64,000 nucleotides of DNA. It comes from Antedon mediterranea. Taxonomy: Eukaryota > Animalia > Echinodermata. Location: the NCBI RefSeq assembly GCF_964355755.1, contig NC_092670.1, positions 40,598,388 to 40,662,387 of the forward strand. The letters run 5' to 3'. The translations under genes and the position numbers were made by a program. Below the pieces are notes generated by a model, which searched no databases, had not been told where the DNA came from, and was given only the letters and a program-made list of their open reading frames with translations. Below, piece by piece: positions 14,401 through 27,015 of the stretch. How positions within the stretch are numbered: position 1 is the stretch's first letter; each line of letters opens with the position of its first letter.

Positions 14401-17400
14401 ATTGACGCACGCGTACCAAATTATCAGCGATTGAACGCGCGCGTCAAATCATGTATTACGTCATTTCCAATTTTTGTGTGTTGGATTGTCTGTTTTATTA
14501 CCTTTGTTGAGTAAAGGTGCAGACAATTCAAAGCGAGTTTATCAGATAATTCCAAAATATACCCCGAGTCCAATCAAAAACGTTATCAACACGTCCTTAA
14601 AATCTATGTGGATAAAAAAACTTCGTGAGAAAGTTTGATTATGCTAAATGTCAATTATTTACACTTAAAAATCACCGAATTCAGCACTATTGCACTCAGA
14701 ATAAATACGTCTATCTTTATACCATCATCATACAGTAGGACTAACGCGTCAACCATGCATGTCACAAAACGAAAATTAGTGTTGTGTGAACGGAGCCTTA
14801 TGCATCGCGTGTAACGTTGTTCAATTGCATTCACACTTCACTGAATAACATACCAATCATTCCAATGCATTATTTCCGATAATTATACGAAAATTGTCCG
14901 CTATTTGAATTTATTAGTTTGTACAAGGTACTCCTCAATGAATCTGAAATATAATTTTAAATCAGTCATAAATAATCGATATTATTTCAGCGGGTTTCAA
15001 TTGATCCTAAAAAATACATACACACATAATTATTTTATTTGATTTAAGATTGCACGGTTAGGTTTTTTTCCCACTTGGTGAACGCAATGCAACGACGCAA
15101 CGCAATTGTTGACCAATCACAAGCGACAGCTAGGTGATCGCCTCTGATCGTTCAAAATAGGCCTACTTTCTTATCGTTCTTCCTTGCGTTTTGCGTACGA
15201 TATTGCTGATGTACGCAACGCACGCGCAATTTCAACAATGCATGCAATAAGCGACGGAATTTTTAGAAGTTGCTTGTGATTGGACAAATTACTTTACGCG
15301 TGCGTCCGTCCTTGTGGCTGCGTCTTCTCAATGATGTTTCTCTCTGATACTAAGTTAAAATCACCTACATGGGGCTATCGAGTACGTCTGAACTCATGCG
15401 TGCGTCGTAGGCATACTTTGCTATTCTTGTATTCACGCCCAAAATAACGATGGTGAAAAAGATAAGAAGCTGACAATAATAAAGCGTTAAGAAAAACATG
15501 CATACTGTGACTGACTAAAAGGATTTGATAATAAGAAGAGATTGTTATCAAGCTGTCATAGATATACATCGATATGTTACGTCTCTATACAAACTATTCG
15601 TATTTTGAGGATTTGAATATGAATTATTATTATAGATATGAATAAATAGAGTAAATCAATATTTATATTAATCAAATCAAATCCAATCAAAACATTCATT
15701 CTTCATACCATACTTACTATTGAATATGTTATAATACGCAACTCGCGGCGCGGTATGCTGATTAATTAATTAAATATGACTGAGAGAGAGAGAGAGGCAG
15801 TAATTTGCGCGCTGGCGTATGTTAACGCGCGCGTCACATGCTAACACGTCACACAGGCGTGATTCTATAAATCATCCCGCTACTACGGATATAATAATTA
15901 TTGTCAGATACTACTCCGTACAACGATATATTTTGACAGAATGATGATCTTGTTATTGAAAAATGCACAATAGTTTACCTTGCAAGGCATGTACAGGTGT
16001 GTGATGACAATGCACGTCTGCAACCGGTAAACATCAAATGTTTATTTCAAATGTCATTAACAAACAATCGACACATCTACAAGGTTTATCAATTATATCG
16101 AAACAGTTTAATTAAACTTAATATCACTTTACAAGTGCACTTAATTATAAGTGAGTTCATTACAGGTTAATTTACTTGGATATTTGTATGTTCAATCTCG
16201 GTGTCCTTGTTAGAAATATTCAGCTACAAATTTGAAACCGAAGGCCGGGTTTTGGGAGAGGATAACGCAGCCTACACGTCCACGGAAGATCATGTTGAGT
16301 TTATGCGCGCGCGTATCGTTATCATCAATATTTGAACGCGGGCGTGAACGTTGGTGTGCGCGCGTGTTGTTATGATCAATATTTTAACGCGGGCGTGTCA
16401 GATTATTTTCTTCATCACATTCATAGTAAATATAACAAGAATTGTAATGACAAACAAAAGGCTGATAATGTCAACAATATCATCGGTTGCATTAATCTAC
16501 TTGTGATCTATTTTGATATTAATTTAATCTCACCCAGTTAAAATGAGTCAGGAAAATTTGAAACTAATCCGTCAAATCTCAGTGGGTTAAGTTTGTTACT
16601 TTTTAGAATCAAATAATTATCACAAAGAAGCCAATAAGAAGACAGCTTAATTGATTAACTAGCTAACAAATATTTACAAATTAACTAAACATCTATCGAC
16701 CTCGGATTTAATTGTTATTGTCATTCCGAAAATAGAATTAAAAAAATCAAAATCAAACACAAGAAAGAAGACAAAGCTTGAGGACACACGACTACATGCT
16801 GGATTAAACAAATGACTATATACAAGACGGTCGGTTTATTATCCTATTATTCAATGTCTGGACCTTTTTCATACAAATTAGTTTCGGGTTTTATTAAAAA
16901 AAAAAGAAATTAAAAAAAAAGAAAGTTTACATTTCGCGCACGCTAAGCAAGTAATGACCAATCACAAACGATCAACCGAACTTTTACTTTTGATTGGTCA
17001 AATTACTTGCGTTGCTCGTACGTTCTATAGGACATACATATACATAACATATAGGAATCTTTACTGAATTGGCTATCTAAAATAATGTACTATGTTATAA
17101 CGCACATGTTACTAGTAACCACCATAATGGGTTATAAAACAAGAAACGCTTTTGGCATACAAAATGCTACTTGTTTAACACATCACCATCGCATAACATT
17201 AGCATTTATACTAATACCGTATCTAAGTAACTTAACATAAGATCAGATCTAAATAAGACCTGTTCTAATCTAATACAATACACTATCAGCTTACTTACCA
17301 GATCAACTCTCATTTACAGAATAAATAGTAGAAGGTTTACGGTTGTTAAATTACTGTTACTCGTCACAAATTACTCTACTAGTCCTACTGTAGTGGAAAT

Positions 17401-19427
17401 TTTTCTGATCTTTACAAAACACTATGCAAGTGAGTTGAATCGATTAATAACGCGATACAATACTGAACTGAACGTTCTACAACATGTTATTCAGATGAAC
17501 TTAATGATCTATGCTTGTCAATATTACAATATATCCGTAAAAGTATTATTGGATAATAAAATCAATAAGTACGGTGATTGACCGACATAGGTCCACCTTC
17601 AAATCGCAATAATATCGTTGGTTTTGTGTACGTACATTAAAGTTTTAGCATGCAGTTTTATAATAGGTTATTGTTATTGAGCCAAACGAATGCATGCTAC
17701 ATTGAAAACAACGGTTATGCGGATTTTAACCCTCACATAAACTTATAAAGTACTTTACTAATAATAGGCCATGCTATGGAATTGTTCGTTACTACGAATA
17801 AAACACAAATCTGCCGTGCTCTTAAAATTTGAGTTAATTGACACCATAAAAAAACACTTATCGCATTCGCGTCATGCTTGCGTCAAGAACGCACCTCCAA
17901 CGCGTTCAAAGCAAACGCAGCAGCATTTGGGCGCGCAGCGCCGTAGACGCGTTCAAAGCAGCAAACGCATCAACGTTATTCAAATCAAATTATAAAAAAT
18001 GTCGAAGTAAACATACCGATACCTTGCGTAGATGAGATGATTGTACCACACGACAGGGAACTGATTTGATAGATTAAAAGACCATCATCGAAATATATAA
18101 TAAAAAGAATAACGTATCACCATAGTAACAATGGTAGGCGGTTCTTCGTTGCAAGAACAATGTATCGTTGTTGTACCAGACATTAATACTGTTTACAGTT
18201 TTAGGTTTCAGAATACACTGAATTTTTTCTCTTTGATTCTTCTCAGAAAACATCGATTATTGTGTTTTACGCGTGCCCATTTATCATTACCGTCCGTGTG
18301 CTGCGATGCATCCGTTTCACTGGACTCAAAGGAAGCATTATGTACCGTTTATATAATTATCAAGTATTCCGTCACATTGTGTCAAGGTCTTGCCTCGGTT
18401 GCGCCTCGGTTAGTTTTTCCACACAACGTTCACAGTTGCCGTAGAGGTATTATAATGAACACCATTTATACATGCATTTGGTCATGAGTGCTGCTGCGAT
18501 ATTTAATACCAGTTTATATATTCGGTCTATTGTATCTCAACGCTATGGAGAGAGTAGTGCGTTTTGACAGTGTTTTCGAAGGATACATAGTCAATTAAGT
18601 ACACGGTCATTTTGGTTGTACCTACGCAAAGTGGTTAAACGCAACGCAAGGTCGTACGCGCGACGCAAGGGCATACGCGCAACGCAAGTGAGTTGACCTC
18701 CTATCATCACCGTGTGAATCACGGATGATCCATTGTGTCTCCCCCTAAGCTACGTTCACATTGCCCGGATTCTGGTCCGGTGGCCGGATAAAAAAAACCG
18801 GATAAATGGGTTTAGTGTTTAAGAATGAAACCGTTCCTAACGCATATCCCTACCGGATTCCGTTCGGATTTGATCCGGTGCACGAATTCATAGCGATGTA
18901 TCCGAGAGAGAGAGAGAGAGGCTGCTCAAACATTAATATATTCAACGAAGTCTCCGCACCAATGGATATAACAACAGCGAACTCGTGGGAAATGCATCTG
19001 CGTGAAATGACGCGAATCGGTATTTTATAACAGAGTGAGGTAATGACTACAATTTTTTTCGCTTCAGTATTGAAATGTTTTATGAATTACACTATCATCA
19101 CAGATCAAGTTATGAATATAAACAAAATCAATCGAATGATTATTCAATTAAGAACTGAATAACCGCATAAGTTGTCTGTAATAATACATTATAATATATT
19201 TGTACGTATTAATTATTTATTTTCTATTTTCCAATCCATTGGCGGTGAGGTACCTCCCAATATCGTGGTGTTGTACGCATCACGCAACACAAGTTGGGTT
19301 AACCAATCACAAGTAACAGCTGGTTTTGGCGCGCAACGCAGTAACTTCTTACGCTCTAAGTAATTTTACCAATCATCCAAACTATCGCGTGTGATTGGTC
19401 AACTCATGATTCATTCATAGACCTATA

Positions 19428-20460
19428 TGACGTCATTATAGTTTGAACTATTCCGGAGCATTACGTGTGATGACGTAACAACAACTTTTTAACCATGTGA
19501 ACTGTAAAAACATCTGTAAACAATTCATCTAAGGTTGATTTATTTATTAAAAATGAAATTAAACACGATGATTCACAACATTACCATTATGTATGCAGCA
19601 TAGCATGAATTCCCAGCCAGCAACTCATTACAGATGTCACCACTTAAGTCACACTGGGGCCATTATAAAAGTGTTAATGTTATAGAGCTACATTAAACAT
19701 GTATTTGATATCAAAGGCAACATGATTAGACATTTTGTTGTAAGGAGGCCAAGGCAGATTATACACCCACGCCAACACTATCCAACATTCATATAGTCGA
19801 TTGATCATGCTTCACGATAATGATAGACGATAAATAGATAAACATAAGAATTAGAACTATAGGATAACCATTATGCTGTCTGTGATGTGATGAAATAATA
19901 TATTATCCAATCAAATGACGTCATGATCCAAAATCCACATCCATTTTACTGCTCTTCTTACTTAATCGGGCACCATAAATGGAGGAACATTTTTCTAATT
20001 TCTTTTATTTTATGTAGGATGCAATATTATTTATCGTCGATCGTTATCGTCCTATTAAATGCGGCTTGTTCGCTAAACCCTTCCCATCAGAGTGGAGCAC
20101 TACCTCTCATCAAAAGATATCCTTTTTAGTTAGGAAAATATAACAATTAGAAATTAAAGAAAGACCTATCTACAGATCATGAGTTTCATAAAATGAGTAA
20201 AACATTTTAACAAAAGAAGAAAGAAATAAACGGCTTACCTTGATTTTTAAAAGTGTTTCATTTGCCTGTAATGACGTCAGAAATTAAACAAGAACAAATA
20301 AAAGTACATGCTATTATGATATTGATCTTTGATATCCTTCTGTGGCGGGGAAGAGAGCGATAGGTGAAGTTTTGTGGTGAACTTTCAGTGCGCCCACTGT
20401 TGTCGTAAAAACTTTTTAGTTTTAGTCTCCCTCACGTGGTATGGAGTGTCAGGTGACCTC
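19428..20460 (+). promoter_or_regulatory. Putative SLC17 copy 1 promoter/5' region with three perfect CRE palindromes and an E-box
   Basis: TGACGTCA at 19428, 19916 and 20272, TGACGTAA at 19471 and CACGTG at 20433, all just upstream of the acceptor (20595-20596) of the first coding exon. Confidence 0.5.
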
Positions 20461-20606
20461 CGATGTTTTGGTTGAGTGGAAATCGCTCGAAATCGTCGTC
20501 GATAAGTTATTTTAGCAATAATGCAATATTTAATTTGATAAATTATTAGAACTTTTTAATTGTATATTACATTTCAATTATATTCCTTTATTCCAGTTAA
20601 TGCAGA

Positions 20607-23600
20607 ATGTCGGGTGATTCGGAACATTCTGTGTATTTAGAGAGATTAAAAGGTAGGCTAGCCTAGCCTATAGCTAGGCATGATGCAGCTAGGCCCCACT
20701 GCAGCAGTGGAATGCAGTGTCAGTATGACAGACAGCTCACTCTCTGTCAGCTCACTCTCTGTATTGTGTATAACAATAGTAGGCTTAGCCTACTACTAGG
20801 CCTACTATGATGATAGGCTTGGGTAGATAGAAAGAGTGTGTGTGCGGTATTGCGTCCAGAACAGAGACCATCATGAGGAGTTGGCCTAGCAGAGTGAGTG
20901 GTGTATTGATTGTCGTAGTGGTGCCGCAACAATCAAAAAATTATATGCAGCTTTGAACATGACATGTATCATGTACGGTATTTAAAGTGTGTACAATAAT
21001 ACATTATTTTATATACAGTATTAATTATCTCTCTCTCCTTGCAAACGCCTTTGTTTGGTGTACATTACAAATATTAATTGATTGTTTATGGGTTACGAGA
21101 AAATAATATTATTTTTTTTAATTTCAATGTAAACAAAGTTTACTATTATTTTGTATTTACAGAACGGATACCACACATTATATCATGTCGGTATGTGTTA
21201 GCTATTATGGGCTGTTTAGGCTTTGTGAATGTATATGCTATGAGAGTTAACTTGAGCGTCGCCCTTGTTGCCATGACAGCATCAAACGACACAGCTGATA
21301 ATTATACAAATGCTGAATGTCCGGCTGAAACATACAATTCAACAGCAGATCAGGTCAGAAAAATAATTAATTGAGATTATTATTATAACTAGAAGGGCAC
21401 TCAGAGAGCGCAAACCTTCATCTAGACATAAGAATATGAATGTGTTCCCATACAGCTATGAAACCATCCTTTAAAATCTTATGAAAATCGGGTAATTACT
21501 TTTTGAGTAATCATGCTAACTAACAAATATAGAAAGAAATACACAAACAATCAGGCATGAAAACATAACCTCCTCCTTGACAGATGTAATAAATATTATT
21601 GCCAAACTAAATCCTATAGTCAATATTAATTTTTTATTAAAATTGTATTCAATTTTTCTTCCTCAGGGCGAGTTTGATTGGGACCAAAATACACGAGGAC
21701 AAATCCTGTCTTCATTCTTTTACGGATATTTGATTACTCAAATACCAGGAGGGTGGCTTGGTGGGATCATCGGAGGCAAACATTTGTTTGGTGTTGGTGT
21801 GTTATGTACCACAATTTTTACTTTACTTACACCTCTAGCAGCCAGAGCTGGTGTCAGTTATCTTATTGCCCTCCGTATATTAGAAGGCCTAGGTGAGGTA
21901 AGCTGGTTATTGTTATATTTAGTCATCAGTTAACAAGTTATAATACTGTAACTAAACTATACAAAATGTAATTCCGTAATTTTTTTATTTTGTTTAAAAT
22001 ATATTTTATAGTCTATATCGTGCCTAGCTTACCTGTATAAACCGACAATAGCCTAGGTTATAGGTATGTACACTTCACTTGCTCTTTAGTAACTTACTCC
22101 CACCGCCGACTAGTTCTAGTCCGGTGCTAATCTGGCTATTGTCGGTTTATACAGGTAAGCTAGCACTCATAGACTACTAACACCACTACTGGTTATACAG
22201 GTAAGCTAGCACTCATAGACTACTAACACCACTACTGGTTTGTGTAATATTACTACTACTTACTTGTCTGATGTTAAGTTAAATTTAAAATTTAAGTATT
22301 TTTTATTAAATATTATTTGATACAATCATTAGTAGTTATTTTGTTCTTGTGAAACCAGGCTTAAAGCTCTATATTGAGCTTATTTGGTCTTTTCCAGGCT
22401 TTGCATCTTGTATTTAATACTTTGAATTATTCTGTAACAAATTTGACTGAAGAGACTACCCAGTACAATAATAATAAATAAATAAATAAAAACCTAGATA
22501 ATAATCATAAGCTACAGATTGTTAATGGTTTTATTTTCAGGGTGTAACGTTTCCAGCGATGCATGCAATGTGGGCACATTGGGCGCCACCTATTGAACGC
22601 AGTAAACTCATTGCTATAACATATGCCGGTATAGTTACATTTCTTAATACTCTATATGACCAGCTGGAAAACACTGTATTATCTTTGTTTACATCTAATC
22701 TTAATTTTATTCAATCATAAATTCATAATATAACCATAATAATGTGTATAGTACAGTTATGTAAGGTTATAAAGTGAGACACCAGAGACACCTTGTAACA
22801 TATAGTTACAATTGTTCTGAATAGGTTTTAGGGGATGGCTTTATGCAATTTTCTTTAAATAGCTGTCTGTGTTTGTTCTTTTCAGGCTCTCAACTAGGTA
22901 CAGTACTTTCCAATCCTGTATCTGGCTGGCTATGCTCAACAACCTTTCTAGGTGGATGGCCTTCTGTCTTCTATATATTTGGTATGTTTTTATATTCATA
23001 TTTTAGGGAAGAAACTATGCATGTTTTCAGAGTAAAACCCTTGACATCTTTGTACTAGGCATAAAAAAAAAACATTTTTGCACGGTTTAGCTACTGTAGT
23101 TTCCCATATCCTGGATAGCAGAAATAGATGCATGGTGGACTGTGCCGATAGCAAACAAGACACCTAACATGGACTATCTGCATGGTAAATACTAACTACG
23201 CTCACTGCCGACCAAAATAGTTATACACAGCACAAGCACTTTCTTTTAACGAAAGACGGTACTGTATTAAAGATGTATTCCTGCTACATCTATACATTTC
23301 TATGATATCTCCAAGTTTGAAAGAAATGAATATTTTGATTATTTTCACAGGAACCCTTGGCCTTATTTGGTTTGTGCTGTGGACAGCGTTGGTTCACAAC
23401 ACCCCAGCTGAGCATCCTAGAATATCACCTGAAGAACTAGAATATATTGAGAAATCTATTGGCGGAAAAAAAGGAAAAGTATGAAGTATATTTTTTTAAT
23501 AACTCTGTCTACACTAACAAAAATGTGATGTGTATATGGACATGGTGATGTCATATCACTACCATATTTGGCTATATCACTACCATATTTGGGCACATCA

Positions 23601-26600
23601 TACTTTTTTGTCAAACTATTTTTAATAGTGTAGACTTTAGAGATTCTTAAAAAAACAAATTACTGTAACAGGTAATAAGCACTGTCTTGCAATCACTCCA
23701 AAAGCAAACAAAAAGGATACATAAATATACAGTATTATAGTATTATATGATGATGAACTTGCCTAAGCTCTGATATGATTTTTCTTTTCATACAGGCTAT
23801 AATACCACCATTGTTAGCAATGGTTAAGTCTCCTTGTTTGTGGGTAATCAGTATTTCTCACTTTGCCAATAATTATGGCTTCTATACAATGCTTACAAAT
23901 TTACCAGCATATATGAAGAATATATTGGGATTTGATATCACTAAAGTAAGTACAAATAAACTATTTATATTGTATTTAATTTGTGACTAAATATGTGTCT
24001 ATTTTACCAATATTCTGTATCAATCGTTGAGAAAGATGGTGGTCTAAAGTGTTTGTGATCAAATCTTTAAATAAATTGTGGAATATTTCGTTAATTAGAC
24101 AGAAATCAAATTAAAATTGGTAGTGCTAAATGTTGCGAAAGATGATAGATATTAAATTAACAGATAGAGTGTGTAACACGAAAATATACGAGATAACAAA
24201 ACAAGAAGAATGGAGTAAAAGAATTAAACGAAGGAGACTAAAATGGTATGGACACATAATTAGATTACCGGATGATACCCCTATCAAACAAACAATGAAG
24301 GAAACTAACAGGAAAGTAAAACGACCCGTAGGAAGACCAAGAAATAACTGGATGAATCAAATAAAGAAAGACTTACAAGGACTAGTAGACACTAACACAA
24401 TAACAAACCATCCTGCCATAAACAGAAAAAAATGAAAACAAATTGTGGAAAGCGTAATGTCGGAAGACGGAAAACGTTAGCAACAAACAAAGTGCTGCAT
24501 AGGGAAAAAATGTACATATAAAGATATCTTTATATGTACATTTTTTCCCTATGCAGCACTACCAATTTTAATTTGATTTCTGTCTAATTAACGGCATGAA
24601 CCTTATTCTCAGTACTGTATATATGAATATGGCATTATTTGGCAAGTATCACACAAATTTTGTGTCACATATGACTTCTGTATCAAAGAATTATATTAAA
24701 TACAGCATCATATGTGAAATTGTTCCTATGATACAAGAATCACATGTAATACATAAGTGACGCTATATCACACAATTTGTCTGATACAGTGTGAAGAATT
24801 GACAAGTATAAGATGTGTATCTCTTTTTAATAACCACTATTTGTTTACTTCTAGACTGGTTATCTATCAGCCGTACCGTACATGTTCAACTGGTTGATTA
24901 TCATAACTGGTGGTCTGGTGGCCGACTACTTAAGATTTCATAGAATTTTAAGTACAACAAACACAAGAAAATTATTTAATACTTTGGGTATGTACACTTA
25001 TATTGTATACATAAAAGAAATGAACATGTAGAGCCTTTTCCACATAGACTATCTTTATCACTACTTTAATGAATGGATGAGAATGGTTATGAGAAAGAAT
25101 GTGACTCAACCCAGTGGTTGTGAGAAAGAATGTGACTCAACCCAGTGGTTGTGAGAAAGAATGTGACTCAACCCAGTGGTTGTGAGAAAGAATGTGACTC
25201 AACCCAGTGGTTGTGAGAAAGAATGTGACTCAACCCAGTGGTTGTGAGAAAGAATGTGACTCAACCCAGTGGTTGTGAGAAAGAATGTGACTCAACCCAG
25301 TGGTTGTGAGAAAGAATGTGACTCAACCCAGTGGTTGTGAAAAAGAATGTGACTCAACCCAGTGGTTGTGAGAAAGAATGTGACTCAACCCAGTGGTTGT
25401 GAGAAAGAATGTGACTCAACCCAGTGGCTGTGAGAAGGAATGCAAGATTACTAAACCCAGTAGAGTTTGATTTGTAAATAATTTTACAAATTATAAAATT
25501 AAATGTTCATGTTATTTTCAGGTATGACACTGCCAGCGACGTTCCTTGTACTCACAGGATACGTTGGTTGTAATAAGCCTTTAGCGATTACGTGTTTGAT
25601 TGTAGCAGTTGCCTGCGGTGGATTCTCCATGTCAGGATTTAATGTAAATCATTTAGATATCGCACCAAAGTACGCTGGCGTGCTGATGGGATTCTCAAAT
25701 ACTATAGCTACGATTCCCGGCTTCGTTGGCCCAACAATTGTTGGCGTTCTAACTGAAAACAATGTAAGTTGGATTGCCAATTTCTTACATCAATTCAACA
25801 TTTTGCTTAAAGACTTCATTACAACTTAATACCACTACCTACATAAGCAGACGCAACTTAATACCACTACCTACATACGCAGACACAACTTAATACCACT
25901 ACCTACATAAGCAAACACAACTTAATACCACTACCTACATAAGAAGACACAACTTAATACCACTACCTACATAAGCAGACACAACTTAATACCACTACCT
26001 ACATACGCAGACACAACTTAATACCACTACCTACATAAGCAGACACAACTTAATACCACTACCTACATACGCAGACACAACTTAATACCACTACCTACAT
26101 AAGCAGACACAACTTAATACCACTACCTACATACGCAGACACAACTTAATACCACTACCTACATAAGCAGACACAACTTAATAACACTACCTACATAAAG
26201 CAGACACAACTTAATACCACTATCTACATAAGCAGACACAATTTAATACCACTACCTACATAAGCAGACACAACTTAATACCACTACCTACATAAGCAGA
26301 CACAACTTAATACCACTACCTACATAAGCAGACACAACTTAATACCACTACCTACATAAGCAGACACAACTTAATACCACTACCTACATAAGCAGACACA
26401 ACTTAATACCACTACCTACATAAGCAGACACAACTTAATACCACTACCTACATAAGCAAACACAACTTAATACCACTACCTACATAAGCAGACACAACTT
26501 AATAACACTACCTACATAAGCAGACACAACTTAATACCACTACCTACATAAGCAGACACAATTTAATACCACTACCTACATAAGCAGACACAACTTAATA

Positions 26601-27015
26601 CCACTACCTACATAAGCAGACACAACTTAATACCACTACCTACATAAGCAGACACAACTTAATACCACTACCTACATAAGCAGACACAACCACACTACTG
26701 TACTTTACCCCACACAACGTAACTTTGATAGTTTTCACTCACATTTTGTAACTTATTTTTTACCAGGAAACAAGAAAACAATGGCAAATCGTGTTTTGGA
26801 TTTGCTGCGGTGTTTATTTACTTGGTTTCATTACTTATCTTATATTTGGTTCTGGTGTTGAACAAGAATGGGCCAAAGAGTCTTACAATGATCCAAAAAC
26901 AACAGAGCCTCTTCTGCAAGAAAGTGAGGATGAGGGTAGGTTACCCTATGAAGTACCGTACTTAGCCAACGATAGTGCAATACAAAAAAATGGTATTGTA
27001 CCTGTACAAACATGA
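20607..27015 (+). CDS. SLC17A5: Sialin-like SLC17 anion:cation symporter (MFS), copy 1, ~517 aa
   Basis: Exons 20607-20652, 21163-21353, 21667-21897, 22541-22628, 22886-22981, 23351-23478, 23796-23945, 24855-24987, 25522-25763 and 26767-27015 (1554 nt, all GT-AG, in frame). Motifs [67 protein letters not shown] and [11 protein letters not shown]. Exact orthologue within SLC17 is uncertain. Confidence 0.92.
22009..22176. mobile_element. MITE with ~45-bp TIRs in intron 3 of SLC17 copy 1 only
   Basis: TAGTCTAT..GTGC.TAGCTTACCTGTATAAACCGACAATAGCC versus GGCTATTGTCGGTTTATACAGGTAAGCTAGCACTCATAGACTA; followed by a tandem duplication of its right end (to ~22240). Confidence 0.75.
23501..23635. mobile_element. 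MITE family A copy, shared with the duplicate at 38901-39039
   Basis: CTCTGTCTACACTA ... TAGTGTAGAC termini at the same intron-6 position in both SLC17 copies, so it predates the duplication. Confidence 0.75.
24089..24593. repeat. Perfect spacer-less palindrome (2 x 68 bp) interrupted by the RTE insertion
   Basis: 24089-24127 plus 24497-24525 is the exact reverse complement of 24526-24593, centred on GATATC. Confidence 0.9.
24128..24490 (+). mobile_element. 5'-truncated RTE-clade LINE with 6-bp TSD
   Basis: ORF 24130-24435 ([15 protein letters not shown]...[11 protein letters not shown]...IKKDL) is the RTE ORF2 C-terminal signature. CAACAAACAA tail; AGTGCT duplicated at 24122-24127 and 24491-24496; absent from copy 2. 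Confidence 0.88.
25091..25440. repeat. 31-bp minisatellite x11 in intron 8 of SLC17 copy 1
   Basis: Unit GAGAAAGAATGTGACTCAACCCAGTGGTTGT; no array in copy 2. Confidence 0.95.
25821..26692. repeat. 32-bp minisatellite, ~27 units, intron 9 of SLC17 copy 1
   Basis: Unit ACAACTTAATACCACTACCTACATAAGCAGAC. Confidence 0.95.

Noticed and set aside
12305-20129. Numerous 60-120-aa ORFs between FAM167 and SLC17
   Set aside because: No recognisable motifs or consistent splice chain; many overlap repeat remnants.
23746-23775. ATGATGA...CTGA box C/D snoRNA-like motif, duplicated at 39161-39218
   Set aside because: Boxes are under 30 nt apart with no terminal stem; a simple 28-bp tandem duplication in copy 2.
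26890-26916. KTTEPLL as a canonical lysosomal dileucine signal
   Set aside because: Reminiscent of sialin's DRTPLL, but the -4 residue is Thr rather than D/E, so it does not fit [DE]XXXL[LI].
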